In this document: one piece after another, positions 1-7,701 of the stretch
How positions within the stretch are numbered: the first letter of the stretch is position 1
How the letters are laid out: every line of letters begins with the position of its first letter
Assembly (NCBI GenBank): GCA_000004985.1
Contig: GG739075.1
Source: Naegleria gruberi
Taxonomy: Eukaryota
Reading direction: 5' to 3' (one strand)
Length of the DNA: 8,293 nucleotides
Notes under the pieces: model-generated
The model's database searches: none
Told to the model about the DNA's origin: nothing
Seen by the model: the letters and a program-made list of their open reading frames with translations, nothing else
Made by a program: the position numbers and the translations under genes

Positions 1-221
1 CCCATAAATTCAATCGGAGTAAATTCATCATTTTTAGAACATTCCCATCGATTGGTTAAATATTTCATTTTGTAAAATTGTTGATTCCTAAATTTACATT
101 TCAACAATTCAAGTAATTGCTCCAAAGATGATGAAACAATTTTATAATTATTCGAATCATCATGATCACTACTATATTGAATATTAACGTCAGAGAAATT
201 TGGTTTCATTTTTTTTAACAT
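1..221 (-). CDS. Hypothetical protein, N-terminal part of a minus-strand gene that runs off the left edge of the window. Reverse-complement reading gives MLKKMKPNFSDVNIQYSSDHDDSNNYKIVSSSLEQLLELLKCKFRNQQFYKMKYLTNRWECSKNDEFTPIEFMG... The L-x2-LL-x2-L ... W region has only weak F-box-like character.
   Basis: On the minus strand there is an in-frame TAG stop (rc of 254..256), then ATG (rc of 219..221) and a second ATG (rc of 207..209). The frame stays open to position 1, at least 73 codons. It is transcribed divergently from the RNR small-subunit gene and is not in the supplied ORF track, probably because it has no stop within the window. No confident homology was recognised by eye. Confidence 0.35.
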   Translation of the reverse strand, partial: MLKKMKPNFSDVNIQYSSDHDDSNNYKIVSSSLEQLLELLKCKFRNQQFYKMKYLTNRWECSKNDEFTPIEFM

Positions 222-260
222 CCAGATTTCTAATTCCTTCTTTCTATTATTATGCTAACA

Positions 261-295
261 AAATCACGAAATTTTGTGGGAAACAAATCACGAGA
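261..295 (+). promoter_or_regulatory. Tandem repeated motif AAATCACGA(A/G)A, two copies 24 bp apart. The cores are CACGAAA (265..271) and CACGAGA (289..295). They match the yeast SCB (Swi4 cell-cycle box, CACGAAA). The reverse complement, TTTCGTG, is E2F-like.
   Basis: The 9-mer aaatcacga is read directly at 261..269 and again at 285..293. The position fits a G1/S-regulated R2 gene promoter. This is established knowledge for yeast and metazoan RNR genes, but only an inference for this organism. Confidence 0.3.
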
Positions 296-754
296 TGAAA
301 AACAATGAATGCTGTCATGGAAAATTAGTTTTCCATTCCCTACATTGGAAGGTTAGGGGAATCAAGATAAATGCAGAATGATTAGTCAGTCAAAGAATGA
401 GTTGCCTGATCATGGTTTGTTTATTGAATGTTATTTTGTAATATGTGAAATAGGTTAAATTGTAGTAAAATCATGCAGTAATGTGTTCATTTGGAGCATG
501 TTGAACAACTATTTACCTATCTTCTGAATTGTTTCAGGAGTATATTCCAGTGCAATGGAATTCATGGGATTTTCAAATTCAATTTTTGGCAATCAATTAA
601 ATGACTAGATTTGGAGGTATGGAATAATACATCCTTTGAGTGCGTACATTCTAACACCACTCAATACATGCTATTTATCCTCATCCCTATTAAATAACAT
701 GTAACGGTAACATTTTCATAAAGAAGAAGAAATTTTGGAGGGAAATAAAATCAC

Positions 755-761
755 TATAAAA
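755..761 (+). promoter_or_regulatory. TATA box candidate, TATAAAA in the context cacTATAAAAttg, for the RNR small-subunit gene.
   Basis: A canonical TATAAAA lies 52 bp upstream of the ATG at 813, which implies a TSS near 785..795 and a very short leader. Confidence 0.4.
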
Positions 762-812
762 TTGAACCACTGATCAATTACTATGAGAATTATATGAAAA
801 AAACAATTGAAA

Positions 813-1394
813 ATGAATCATTTAGAACCTAAACTCTTTGAACAATACAAACAATTAGAAAAAGAAGAGGAAATCCTCAAAGAAAATCCTCATCGTTTTG
901 TTCTCTTTCCACTTCATTATCCTAAAATGTGGGAAATGTACAAAAAGACAATGGCTTCATTCTGGACAGTGGAGGAGGTTGATCTTCACACTGATATAAC
1001 TGAATGGGAAAAACTCAACTCTAATGAACAACATTTCATCAAGACAGTGCTGGCCTTCTTTGCGGCCAGTGATGGAATTGTCAATGAAAATCTATGTCAA
1101 CAATTCATGGCACAAGTTCAAGTACCAGAAGCAAGATGTTTCTATGGATTTCAAATTGCCATTGAAAATATTCATGCTGAAATGTATAGTACTCTCATTG
1201 AAACTCTGATTAAAGACCAAAGAGAAAGAAATCGTCTATTTCATGCCATTGATACAGTACCATCAGTTCAAAAGAAAGCTAACTGGGCATTGAAATGGAT
1301 TAATTCTGAGAATTTGTTTGCTGAAAGATTGTTGGCATTTGCATGTGTGGAGGGAATTTTCTTCTCTGGAAGTTTTTGTTCAATTTTCTGGTTA
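813..1394 (+). CDS. RRM2: Ribonucleotide-diphosphate reductase small subunit (R2/RRM2 family, class Ia, di-iron/tyrosyl radical subunit). This is the 5' partial CDS, 194 codons, truncated by the assembly gap.
   Basis: The translation is [58 protein letters not shown]...[16 protein letters not shown]...[30 protein letters not shown]...[10 protein letters not shown]...[24 protein letters not shown]. It matches the conserved eukaryotic R2 core (human RRM2: [89 protein letters not shown]) almost residue for residue. The iron-ligand and radical-site context is present. The track ORF 807..5990 begins at a TTG; the first ATG in frame is at 813, with an in-frame TGA at 795..797. The frame runs straight into the N run at 1395. 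Confidence 0.9.
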
Positions 1395-4300
1395 NNNNNN
1401 NNNNNNNNNNNNNNNNNNNNNNNNNNNNNNNNNNNNNNNNNNNNNNNNNNNNNNNNNNNNNNNNNNNNNNNNNNNNNNNNNNNNNNNNNNNNNNNNNNNN
1501 NNNNNNNNNNNNNNNNNNNNNNNNNNNNNNNNNNNNNNNNNNNNNNNNNNNNNNNNNNNNNNNNNNNNNNNNNNNNNNNNNNNNNNNNNNNNNNNNNNNN
1601 NNNNNNNNNNNNNNNNNNNNNNNNNNNNNNNNNNNNNNNNNNNNNNNNNNNNNNNNNNNNNNNNNNNNNNNNNNNNNNNNNNNNNNNNNNNNNNNNNNNN
1701 NNNNNNNNNNNNNNNNNNNNNNNNNNNNNNNNNNNNNNNNNNNNNNNNNNNNNNNNNNNNNNNNNNNNNNNNNNNNNNNNNNNNNNNNNNNNNNNNNNNN
1801 NNNNNNNNNNNNNNNNNNNNNNNNNNNNNNNNNNNNNNNNNNNNNNNNNNNNNNNNNNNNNNNNNNNNNNNNNNNNNNNNNNNNNNNNNNNNNNNNNNNN
1901 NNNNNNNNNNNNNNNNNNNNNNNNNNNNNNNNNNNNNNNNNNNNNNNNNNNNNNNNNNNNNNNNNNNNNNNNNNNNNNNNNNNNNNNNNNNNNNNNNNNN
2001 NNNNNNNNNNNNNNNNNNNNNNNNNNNNNNNNNNNNNNNNNNNNNNNNNNNNNNNNNNNNNNNNNNNNNNNNNNNNNNNNNNNNNNNNNNNNNNNNNNNN
2101 NNNNNNNNNNNNNNNNNNNNNNNNNNNNNNNNNNNNNNNNNNNNNNNNNNNNNNNNNNNNNNNNNNNNNNNNNNNNNNNNNNNNNNNNNNNNNNNNNNNN
2201 NNNNNNNNNNNNNNNNNNNNNNNNNNNNNNNNNNNNNNNNNNNNNNNNNNNNNNNNNNNNNNNNNNNNNNNNNNNNNNNNNNNNNNNNNNNNNNNNNNNN
2301 NNNNNNNNNNNNNNNNNNNNNNNNNNNNNNNNNNNNNNNNNNNNNNNNNNNNNNNNNNNNNNNNNNNNNNNNNNNNNNNNNNNNNNNNNNNNNNNNNNNN
2401 NNNNNNNNNNNNNNNNNNNNNNNNNNNNNNNNNNNNNNNNNNNNNNNNNNNNNNNNNNNNNNNNNNNNNNNNNNNNNNNNNNNNNNNNNNNNNNNNNNNN
2501 NNNNNNNNNNNNNNNNNNNNNNNNNNNNNNNNNNNNNNNNNNNNNNNNNNNNNNNNNNNNNNNNNNNNNNNNNNNNNNNNNNNNNNNNNNNNNNNNNNNN
2601 NNNNNNNNNNNNNNNNNNNNNNNNNNNNNNNNNNNNNNNNNNNNNNNNNNNNNNNNNNNNNNNNNNNNNNNNNNNNNNNNNNNNNNNNNNNNNNNNNNNN
2701 NNNNNNNNNNNNNNNNNNNNNNNNNNNNNNNNNNNNNNNNNNNNNNNNNNNNNNNNNNNNNNNNNNNNNNNNNNNNNNNNNNNNNNNNNNNNNNNNNNNN
2801 NNNNNNNNNNNNNNNNNNNNNNNNNNNNNNNNNNNNNNNNNNNNNNNNNNNNNNNNNNNNNNNNNNNNNNNNNNNNNNNNNNNNNNNNNNNNNNNNNNNN
2901 NNNNNNNNNNNNNNNNNNNNNNNNNNNNNNNNNNNNNNNNNNNNNNNNNNNNNNNNNNNNNNNNNNNNNNNNNNNNNNNNNNNNNNNNNNNNNNNNNNNN
3001 NNNNNNNNNNNNNNNNNNNNNNNNNNNNNNNNNNNNNNNNNNNNNNNNNNNNNNNNNNNNNNNNNNNNNNNNNNNNNNNNNNNNNNNNNNNNNNNNNNNN
3101 NNNNNNNNNNNNNNNNNNNNNNNNNNNNNNNNNNNNNNNNNNNNNNNNNNNNNNNNNNNNNNNNNNNNNNNNNNNNNNNNNNNNNNNNNNNNNNNNNNNN
3201 NNNNNNNNNNNNNNNNNNNNNNNNNNNNNNNNNNNNNNNNNNNNNNNNNNNNNNNNNNNNNNNNNNNNNNNNNNNNNNNNNNNNNNNNNNNNNNNNNNNN
3301 NNNNNNNNNNNNNNNNNNNNNNNNNNNNNNNNNNNNNNNNNNNNNNNNNNNNNNNNNNNNNNNNNNNNNNNNNNNNNNNNNNNNNNNNNNNNNNNNNNNN
3401 NNNNNNNNNNNNNNNNNNNNNNNNNNNNNNNNNNNNNNNNNNNNNNNNNNNNNNNNNNNNNNNNNNNNNNNNNNNNNNNNNNNNNNNNNNNNNNNNNNNN
3501 NNNNNNNNNNNNNNNNNNNNNNNNNNNNNNNNNNNNNNNNNNNNNNNNNNNNNNNNNNNNNNNNNNNNNNNNNNNNNNNNNNNNNNNNNNNNNNNNNNNN
3601 NNNNNNNNNNNNNNNNNNNNNNNNNNNNNNNNNNNNNNNNNNNNNNNNNNNNNNNNNNNNNNNNNNNNNNNNNNNNNNNNNNNNNNNNNNNNNNNNNNNN
3701 NNNNNNNNNNNNNNNNNNNNNNNNNNNNNNNNNNNNNNNNNNNNNNNNNNNNNNNNNNNNNNNNNNNNNNNNNNNNNNNNNNNNNNNNNNNNNNNNNNNN
3801 NNNNNNNNNNNNNNNNNNNNNNNNNNNNNNNNNNNNNNNNNNNNNNNNNNNNNNNNNNNNNNNNNNNNNNNNNNNNNNNNNNNNNNNNNNNNNNNNNNNN
3901 NNNNNNNNNNNNNNNNNNNNNNNNNNNNNNNNNNNNNNNNNNNNNNNNNNNNNNNNNNNNNNNNNNNNNNNNNNNNNNNNNNNNNNNNNNNNNNNNNNNN
4001 NNNNNNNNNNNNNNNNNNNNNNNNNNNNNNNNNNNNNNNNNNNNNNNNNNNNNNNNNNNNNNNNNNNNNNNNNNNNNNNNNNNNNNNNNNNNNNNNNNNN
4101 NNNNNNNNNNNNNNNNNNNNNNNNNNNNNNNNNNNNNNNNNNNNNNNNNNNNNNNNNNNNNNNNNNNNNNNNNNNNNNNNNNNNNNNNNNNNNNNNNNNN
4201 NNNNNNNNNNNNNNNNNNNNNNNNNNNNNNNNNNNNNNNNNNNNNNNNNNNNNNNNNNNNNNNNNNNNNNNNNNNNNNNNNNNNNNNNNNNNNNNNNNNN

Positions 4301-5986
4301 NNNNNNNNNNNNNNNNNNNNNNNNNNNNNNNNNNNNNNNNNNNNNNNNNNNNNNNNNNNNNNNNNNNNNNNNNNNNNNNNNNNNNNNNNNNNNNNNNNNN
4401 NNNNNNNNNNNNNNNNNNNNNNNNNNNNNNNNNNNNNNNNNNNNNNNNNNNNNNNNNNNNNNNNNNNNNNNNNNNNNNNNNNNNNNNNNNNNNNNNNNNN
4501 NNNNNNNNNNNNNNNNNNNNNNNNNNNNNNNNNNNNNNNNNNNNNNNNNNNNNNNNNNNNNNNNNNNNNNNNNNNNNNNNNNNNNNNNNNNNNNNNNNNN
4601 NNNNNNNNNNNNNNNNNNNNNNNNNNNNNNNNNNNNNNNNNNNNNNNNNNNNNNNNNNNNNNNNNNNNNNNNNNNNNNNNNNNNNNNNNNNNNNNNNNNN
4701 NNNNNNNNNNNNNNNNNNNNNNNNNNNNNNNNNNNNNNNNNNNNNNNNNNNNNNNNNNNNNNNNNNNNNNNNNNNNNNNNNNNNNNNNNNNNNNNNNNNN
4801 NNNNNNNNNNNNNNNNNNNNNNNNNNNNNNNNNNNNNNNNNNNNNNNNNNNNNNNNNNNNNNNNNNNNNNNNNNNNNNNNNNNNNNNNNNNNNNNNNNNN
4901 NNNNNNNNNNNNNNNNNNNNNNNNNNNNNNNNNNNNNNNNNNNNNNNNNNNNNNNNNNNNNNNNNNNNNNNNNNNNNNNNNNNNNNNNNNNNNNNNNNNN
5001 NNNNNNNNNNNNNNNNNNNNNNNNNNNNNNNNNNNNNNNNNNNNNNNNNNNNNNNNNNNNNNNNNNNNNNNNNNNNNNNNNNNNNNNNNNNNNNNNNNNN
5101 NNNNNNNNNNNNNNNNNNNNNNNNNNNNNNNNNNNNNNNNNNNNNNNNNNNNNNNNNNNNNNNNNNNNNNNNNNNNNNNNNNNNNNNNNNNNNNNNNNNN
5201 NNNNNNNNNNNNNNNNNNNNNNNNNNNNNNNNNNNNNNNNNNNNNNNNNNNNNNNNNNNNNNNNNNNNNNNNNNNNNNNNNNNNNNNNNNNNNNNNNNNN
5301 NNNNNNNNNNNNNNNNNNNNNNNNNNNNNNNNNNNNNNNNNNNNNNNNNNNNNNNNNNNNNNNNNNNNNNNNNNNNNNNNNNNNNNNNNNNNNNNNNNNN
5401 NNNNNNNNNNNNNNNNNNNNNNNNNNNNNNNNNNNNNNNNNNNNNNNNNNNNNNNNNNNNNNNNNNNNNNNNNNNNNNNNNNNNNNNNNNNNNNNNNNNN
5501 NNNNNNNNNNNNNNNNNNNNNNNNNNNNNNNNNNNNNNNNNNNNNNNNNNNNNNNNNNNNNNNNNNNNNNNNNNNNNNNNNNNNNNNNNNNNNNNNNNNN
5601 NNNNNNNNNNNNNNNNNNNNNNNNNNNNNNNNNNNNNNNNNNNNNNNNNNNNNNNNNNNNNNNNNNNNNNNNNNNNNNNNNNNNNNNNNNNNNNNNNNNN
5701 NNNNNNNNNNNNNNNNNNNNNNNNNNNNNNNNNNNNNNNNNNNNNNNNNNNNNNNNNNNNNNNNNNNNNNNNNNNNNNNNNNNNNNNNNNNNNNNNNNNN
5801 NNNNNNNNNNNNNNNNNNNNNNNNNNNNNNNNNNNNNNNNNNNNNNNNNNNNNNNNNNNNNNNNNNNNNNNNNNNNNNNNNNNNNNNNNNNNNNNNNNNN
5901 NNNNNNNNNNNNNNNNNNNNNNNNNNNNNNNNNNNNNNNNNNNNNNNNNNNNNNNNNNNNNNNNNNNNNNNNNNNNNNNNNNNNNN
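1395..5986. other. Assembly gap: 4,592 consecutive N. It hides the 3' half of the R2 gene and about 3 kb or more of unknown content.
   Basis: An uninterrupted run of n. The three ORF-track 'proteins' of ~1,500-1,700 aa (807..5990 +, 1300..6039 -, 1318..6042 +, 1343..6013 +, 1392..5999 -) are poly-X artefacts of translating N. Confidence 1.
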
Positions 5987-6010
5987 TTAAACTTAACATT
6001 AAACTTAACT
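5987..6010. repeat. Short tandem direct repeat, two copies of a 12-bp unit (ttaaacttaaca / ttaaacttaact), immediately abutting the gap edge.
   Basis: The 11-mer ttaaacttaac occurs at 5987..5997 and again at 5999..6009. It is followed by a (GAT)3 microsatellite at 6011..6022. Confidence 0.6.
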
Positions 6011-6169
6011 TGATGATGATGGTGTTGCTGCGATGGCAATGATAAAGATTGAGAGTTTAATAATATAAATCACATGTTTTATAATCCATGATTGAGAAGA
6101 TTGGGTGGGCGGGAAGAAGATTAGATTTATGGAATTTTAATTAAATGAACAAGTAAATGCTAAGTTCAT

Positions 6170-6265
6170 AATGAAATGGTGGTGAAGGAATTAATGATGG
6201 AAATTGATGATGAGAATGGGATGAACATGATTTGATGGAATTGGATGGATTTAGAATTGGAAAAT
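6170..6265 (+). repeat. Strand-asymmetric purine-rich low-complexity tract with only one C in ~95 nt. It is built from degenerate GGAAT / GATGG / AATGG-like units.
   Basis: The sequence aatgaaatggtggtgaaggaattaatgatggaaattgatgatgagaatgggatgaacatgatttgatggaattggatggatttagaattggaaaatc is read directly. It lies just 3' (in the minus sense) of the stop of the minus-strand exon, so it is probably 3'UTR. Confidence 0.4.
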
Positions 6266-6667
6266 CAAAACATATTGAGTTTCAGAAGTGGATATTGACT
6301 GTTTGTGAACACATGTTGATAAAATCATTTCATTCTTCAAATGTGAAATAACAGTTGAACCTTTTTTACATTCATCAAATGATGGTTTACAAATATTGAT
6401 AGAAATCCATGGATTTCCTTTTATGTAAATATCTGCAATATCACCACTGTCTTCAACATTTCCTTTTAAATCTGTTACTAAATAATTTTGTAATGTTTCA
6501 TTATTTGGACTATTATATTGGAATAATCCAACAAAATAAATAAAATCTTTAAAATAGGTTAAAGAATTAATTCCATTTTGGGAAGGATTTGAAGATTTTT
6601 GATTTTCTGTTAGAATTGTTCCTGTTTTGAAAGTTCTTGCATAATGACATAATATTTCAAGAATTAT
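6251..6667 (-). CDS. Probable terminal coding exon of an unannotated spliced minus-strand gene, hypothetical protein. The open frame has no ATG; the stop is TAA, rc of 6251..6253. The true 5' (acceptor) boundary is uncertain. The first AG after a poly-pyrimidine tract on the minus strand would put the exon start near 6635.
   Basis: The minus-strand frame is open for 138 codons between TAA (rc of 6668..6670) and TAA (rc of 6251..6253): IILEILCHYARTFKTGTILTENQKSSNPSQNGINSLTYFKDFIYFVGLFQYNSPNNETLQNYLVTDLKGNVEDSGDIADIYIKGNPWISINICKPSFDECKKGSTVISHLKNEMILSTCVHKQSISTSETQYVLIFQF*. In ~68% AT sequence the expected random open length is ~13 codons, so 138 codons is very unlikely by chance. The track missed it because it has no Met. 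Upstream on the minus strand is a T10 polypyrimidine run (rc of 6681..6690) followed by the first AG (rc of 6636..6637), a plausible 3' splice site. ATTAAA poly(A)-signal candidates lie on the minus strand ~110 and ~190 nt downstream of the stop. Confidence 0.4.
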   Translation of the reverse strand: MILEILCHYARTFKTGTILTENQKSSNPSQNGINSLTYFKDFIYFVGLFQYNSPNNETLQNYLVTDLKGNVEDSGDIADIYIKGNPWISINICKPSFDECKKGSTVISHLKNEMILSTCVHKQSISTSETQYVLIFQF

Positions 6668-7262
6668 TTATGGAATTGGAAAAAAAAAATTTAGTTAATT
6701 TTTAATTAAATATTAATAGCCATTTAGTTAGATACTAATTCAATGACTTGTACATTGAAAGAAGCACTAGTTCAACACCATGATTCATGTCTCTTTTCAA
6801 ATCCAAACCAGGTGAAACAAATTTCAATTCTGAAAATCATTTGAAAGTCATATTATCAAAGAATCAGTGTTTAATTCTTGAAAAAGATATGCTTAAAAAA
6901 TGGTATAAGAAATTTACATTCCTTCCAAAGATTGTTTCTGAAAAAATGGAATTTTTACAACGAACTATTGTAGTATGTTTTACAATACTTTTTAAAGATA
7001 TTAAACAATGATAGTTTACTATTGTATTGAGCAAGGGAGGTTCAGATTCTTTTGAAATATAGACAACACTTCCACCAGCAATATTTAAATTAATTATTCA
7101 GAGAATAAAGTCTGGAAGAGGATCACTTAGATTGTAATTGTTTTCAATGTTAAATTTCAAGAAACAAGTTTGGAAAGTGGTCTAATAAACTGTCGTGTGG
7201 CTATACTGGAACAACCAATCTGTACCCAAGTTCTGTTTTGGAATGTATTGGCAATAAAAAAA

Positions 7263-7469
7263 ATGAAACAAGCTCAGCAATTATTGTTGATGGTTGTTAT
7301 CATGTTCATCATCTACTTTATCAATACAACAACAATGTTTGTGAATTCAACAGCTAGTCAATGTACAGGTCCATATGATACACACGAAAGTGGAACTAAT
7401 ACTATTACACCTCGAGATTCTATTGAGAAATCTGTATTAAAATCCATGAATACACAAATCTCACATTAA
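7263..7469 (+). CDS. Small hypothetical protein of 68 aa with a hydrophobic N-terminal segment that could be a signal peptide or signal anchor. It may be the first exon of a larger gene.
   Basis: An ATG at 7263 in A-rich context (aaaaaaaATGa) is in frame with the track ORF 7170..7469, which itself starts at a TTG. The product is MKQAQQLLLMVVIMFIIYFINTTTMFVNSTASQCTGPYDTHESGTNTITPRDSIEKSVLKSMNTQISH*. It has a 14-residue hydrophobic core, two N-x-T/S sites and a TAA stop at 7467..7469. The ~100-codon open frame is only marginally significant for this base composition. Confidence 0.3.
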   Translation: MKQAQQLLLMVVIMFIIYFINTTTMFVNSTASQCTGPYDTHESGTNTITPRDSIEKSVLKSMNTQISH

Positions 7470-7701
7470 AAGAAATCCTAAACATTACAAAATAACTGGT
7501 CCTACCAATTTATCATCAAGTCAATCAAGAACTTTATTTACTGGAATTAAAAAGGAGAAATGTGTTGCCTGTAGATTAAATTGTAAAGATTTAAATGTTT
7601 TTAGTAAATGTAATGAAAAATACTATTATTATGGATGCAGAAAGAACCATGTTATAATAGAAAGAATGAAGACGAAACTGTTATTCAAACCGCCATTGTA
7701 A
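7450..7701 (+). CDS. ATG-less cysteine-rich open frame. It is a possible internal exon or the frameshifted continuation of the 7263 gene. The motif C-x2-C-x3-C-x8-C-x7-C-x3-H looks like a zinc-binding motif.
   Basis: Frame +1 relative to the 7263 ORF is open for 84 codons from 7450 to the TAA at 7699..7701: IHTNLTLKRNPKHYKITGPTNLSSSQSRTLFTGIKKEKCVACRLNCKDLNVFSKCNEKYYYYGCRKNHVIIERMKTKLLFKPPL*. It overlaps the end of the upstream ORF by 20 nt. It has no initiator Met except late in the frame. The Cys/His spacing is read directly; the family is not assigned. Confidence 0.22.
   Translation: MHKSHIKRNPKHYKITGPTNLSSSQSRTLFTGIKKEKCVACRLNCKDLNVFSKCNEKYYYYGCRKNHVIIERMKTKLLFKPPL

Larger units (their letters stand above)
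222..812. promoter_or_regulatory. Shared divergent (bidirectional) promoter and 5' leader region between the minus-strand unknown gene (ATG at 221) and the + strand RNR small-subunit gene (ATG at 813).
   Basis: About 590 bp with no long ORF, lying between two start codons that point away from each other. It contains the TATA-like element at 755..761 and the tandem CACGA motif at 261..295. Confidence 0.45.

Noticed and set aside
317-336. Perfect 8-bp inverted repeat atggaaaa / ttttccat with a 4-nt loop (ttag)
   Set aside because: It is small and AT-rich. Such hairpins are expected by chance in low-complexity sequence. There is no flanking terminator-like T-run or second copy to suggest a mobile-element TIR.
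361-540. Possible upstream coding exon for R2 (short Met-initiated frame 381..461 and a ttgtttcag acceptor-like site at ~527..535)
   Set aside because: The frames close within ~26 codons. The R2 alignment is fully explained from the ATG at 813, with an in-frame stop at 795. A TATA box sits at the expected distance from 813.
1024-1209. 61-aa + strand ORF ([20 protein letters not shown]…)
   Set aside because: It lies in an alternative frame entirely inside the strongly conserved R2 coding region, so it is a chance ORF.
807-6042. Five ORF-track entries of 1,535-1,727 aa spanning the N run on both strands
   Set aside because: They are composed almost entirely of X from translating N. Only the first 194 codons of the 807 frame (the R2 gene) are real. 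The minus-strand 'MPSQQHHHHQ' start at 6039 is a TTG, not an ATG, and the His run is just the complement of a (GAT)3 microsatellite.
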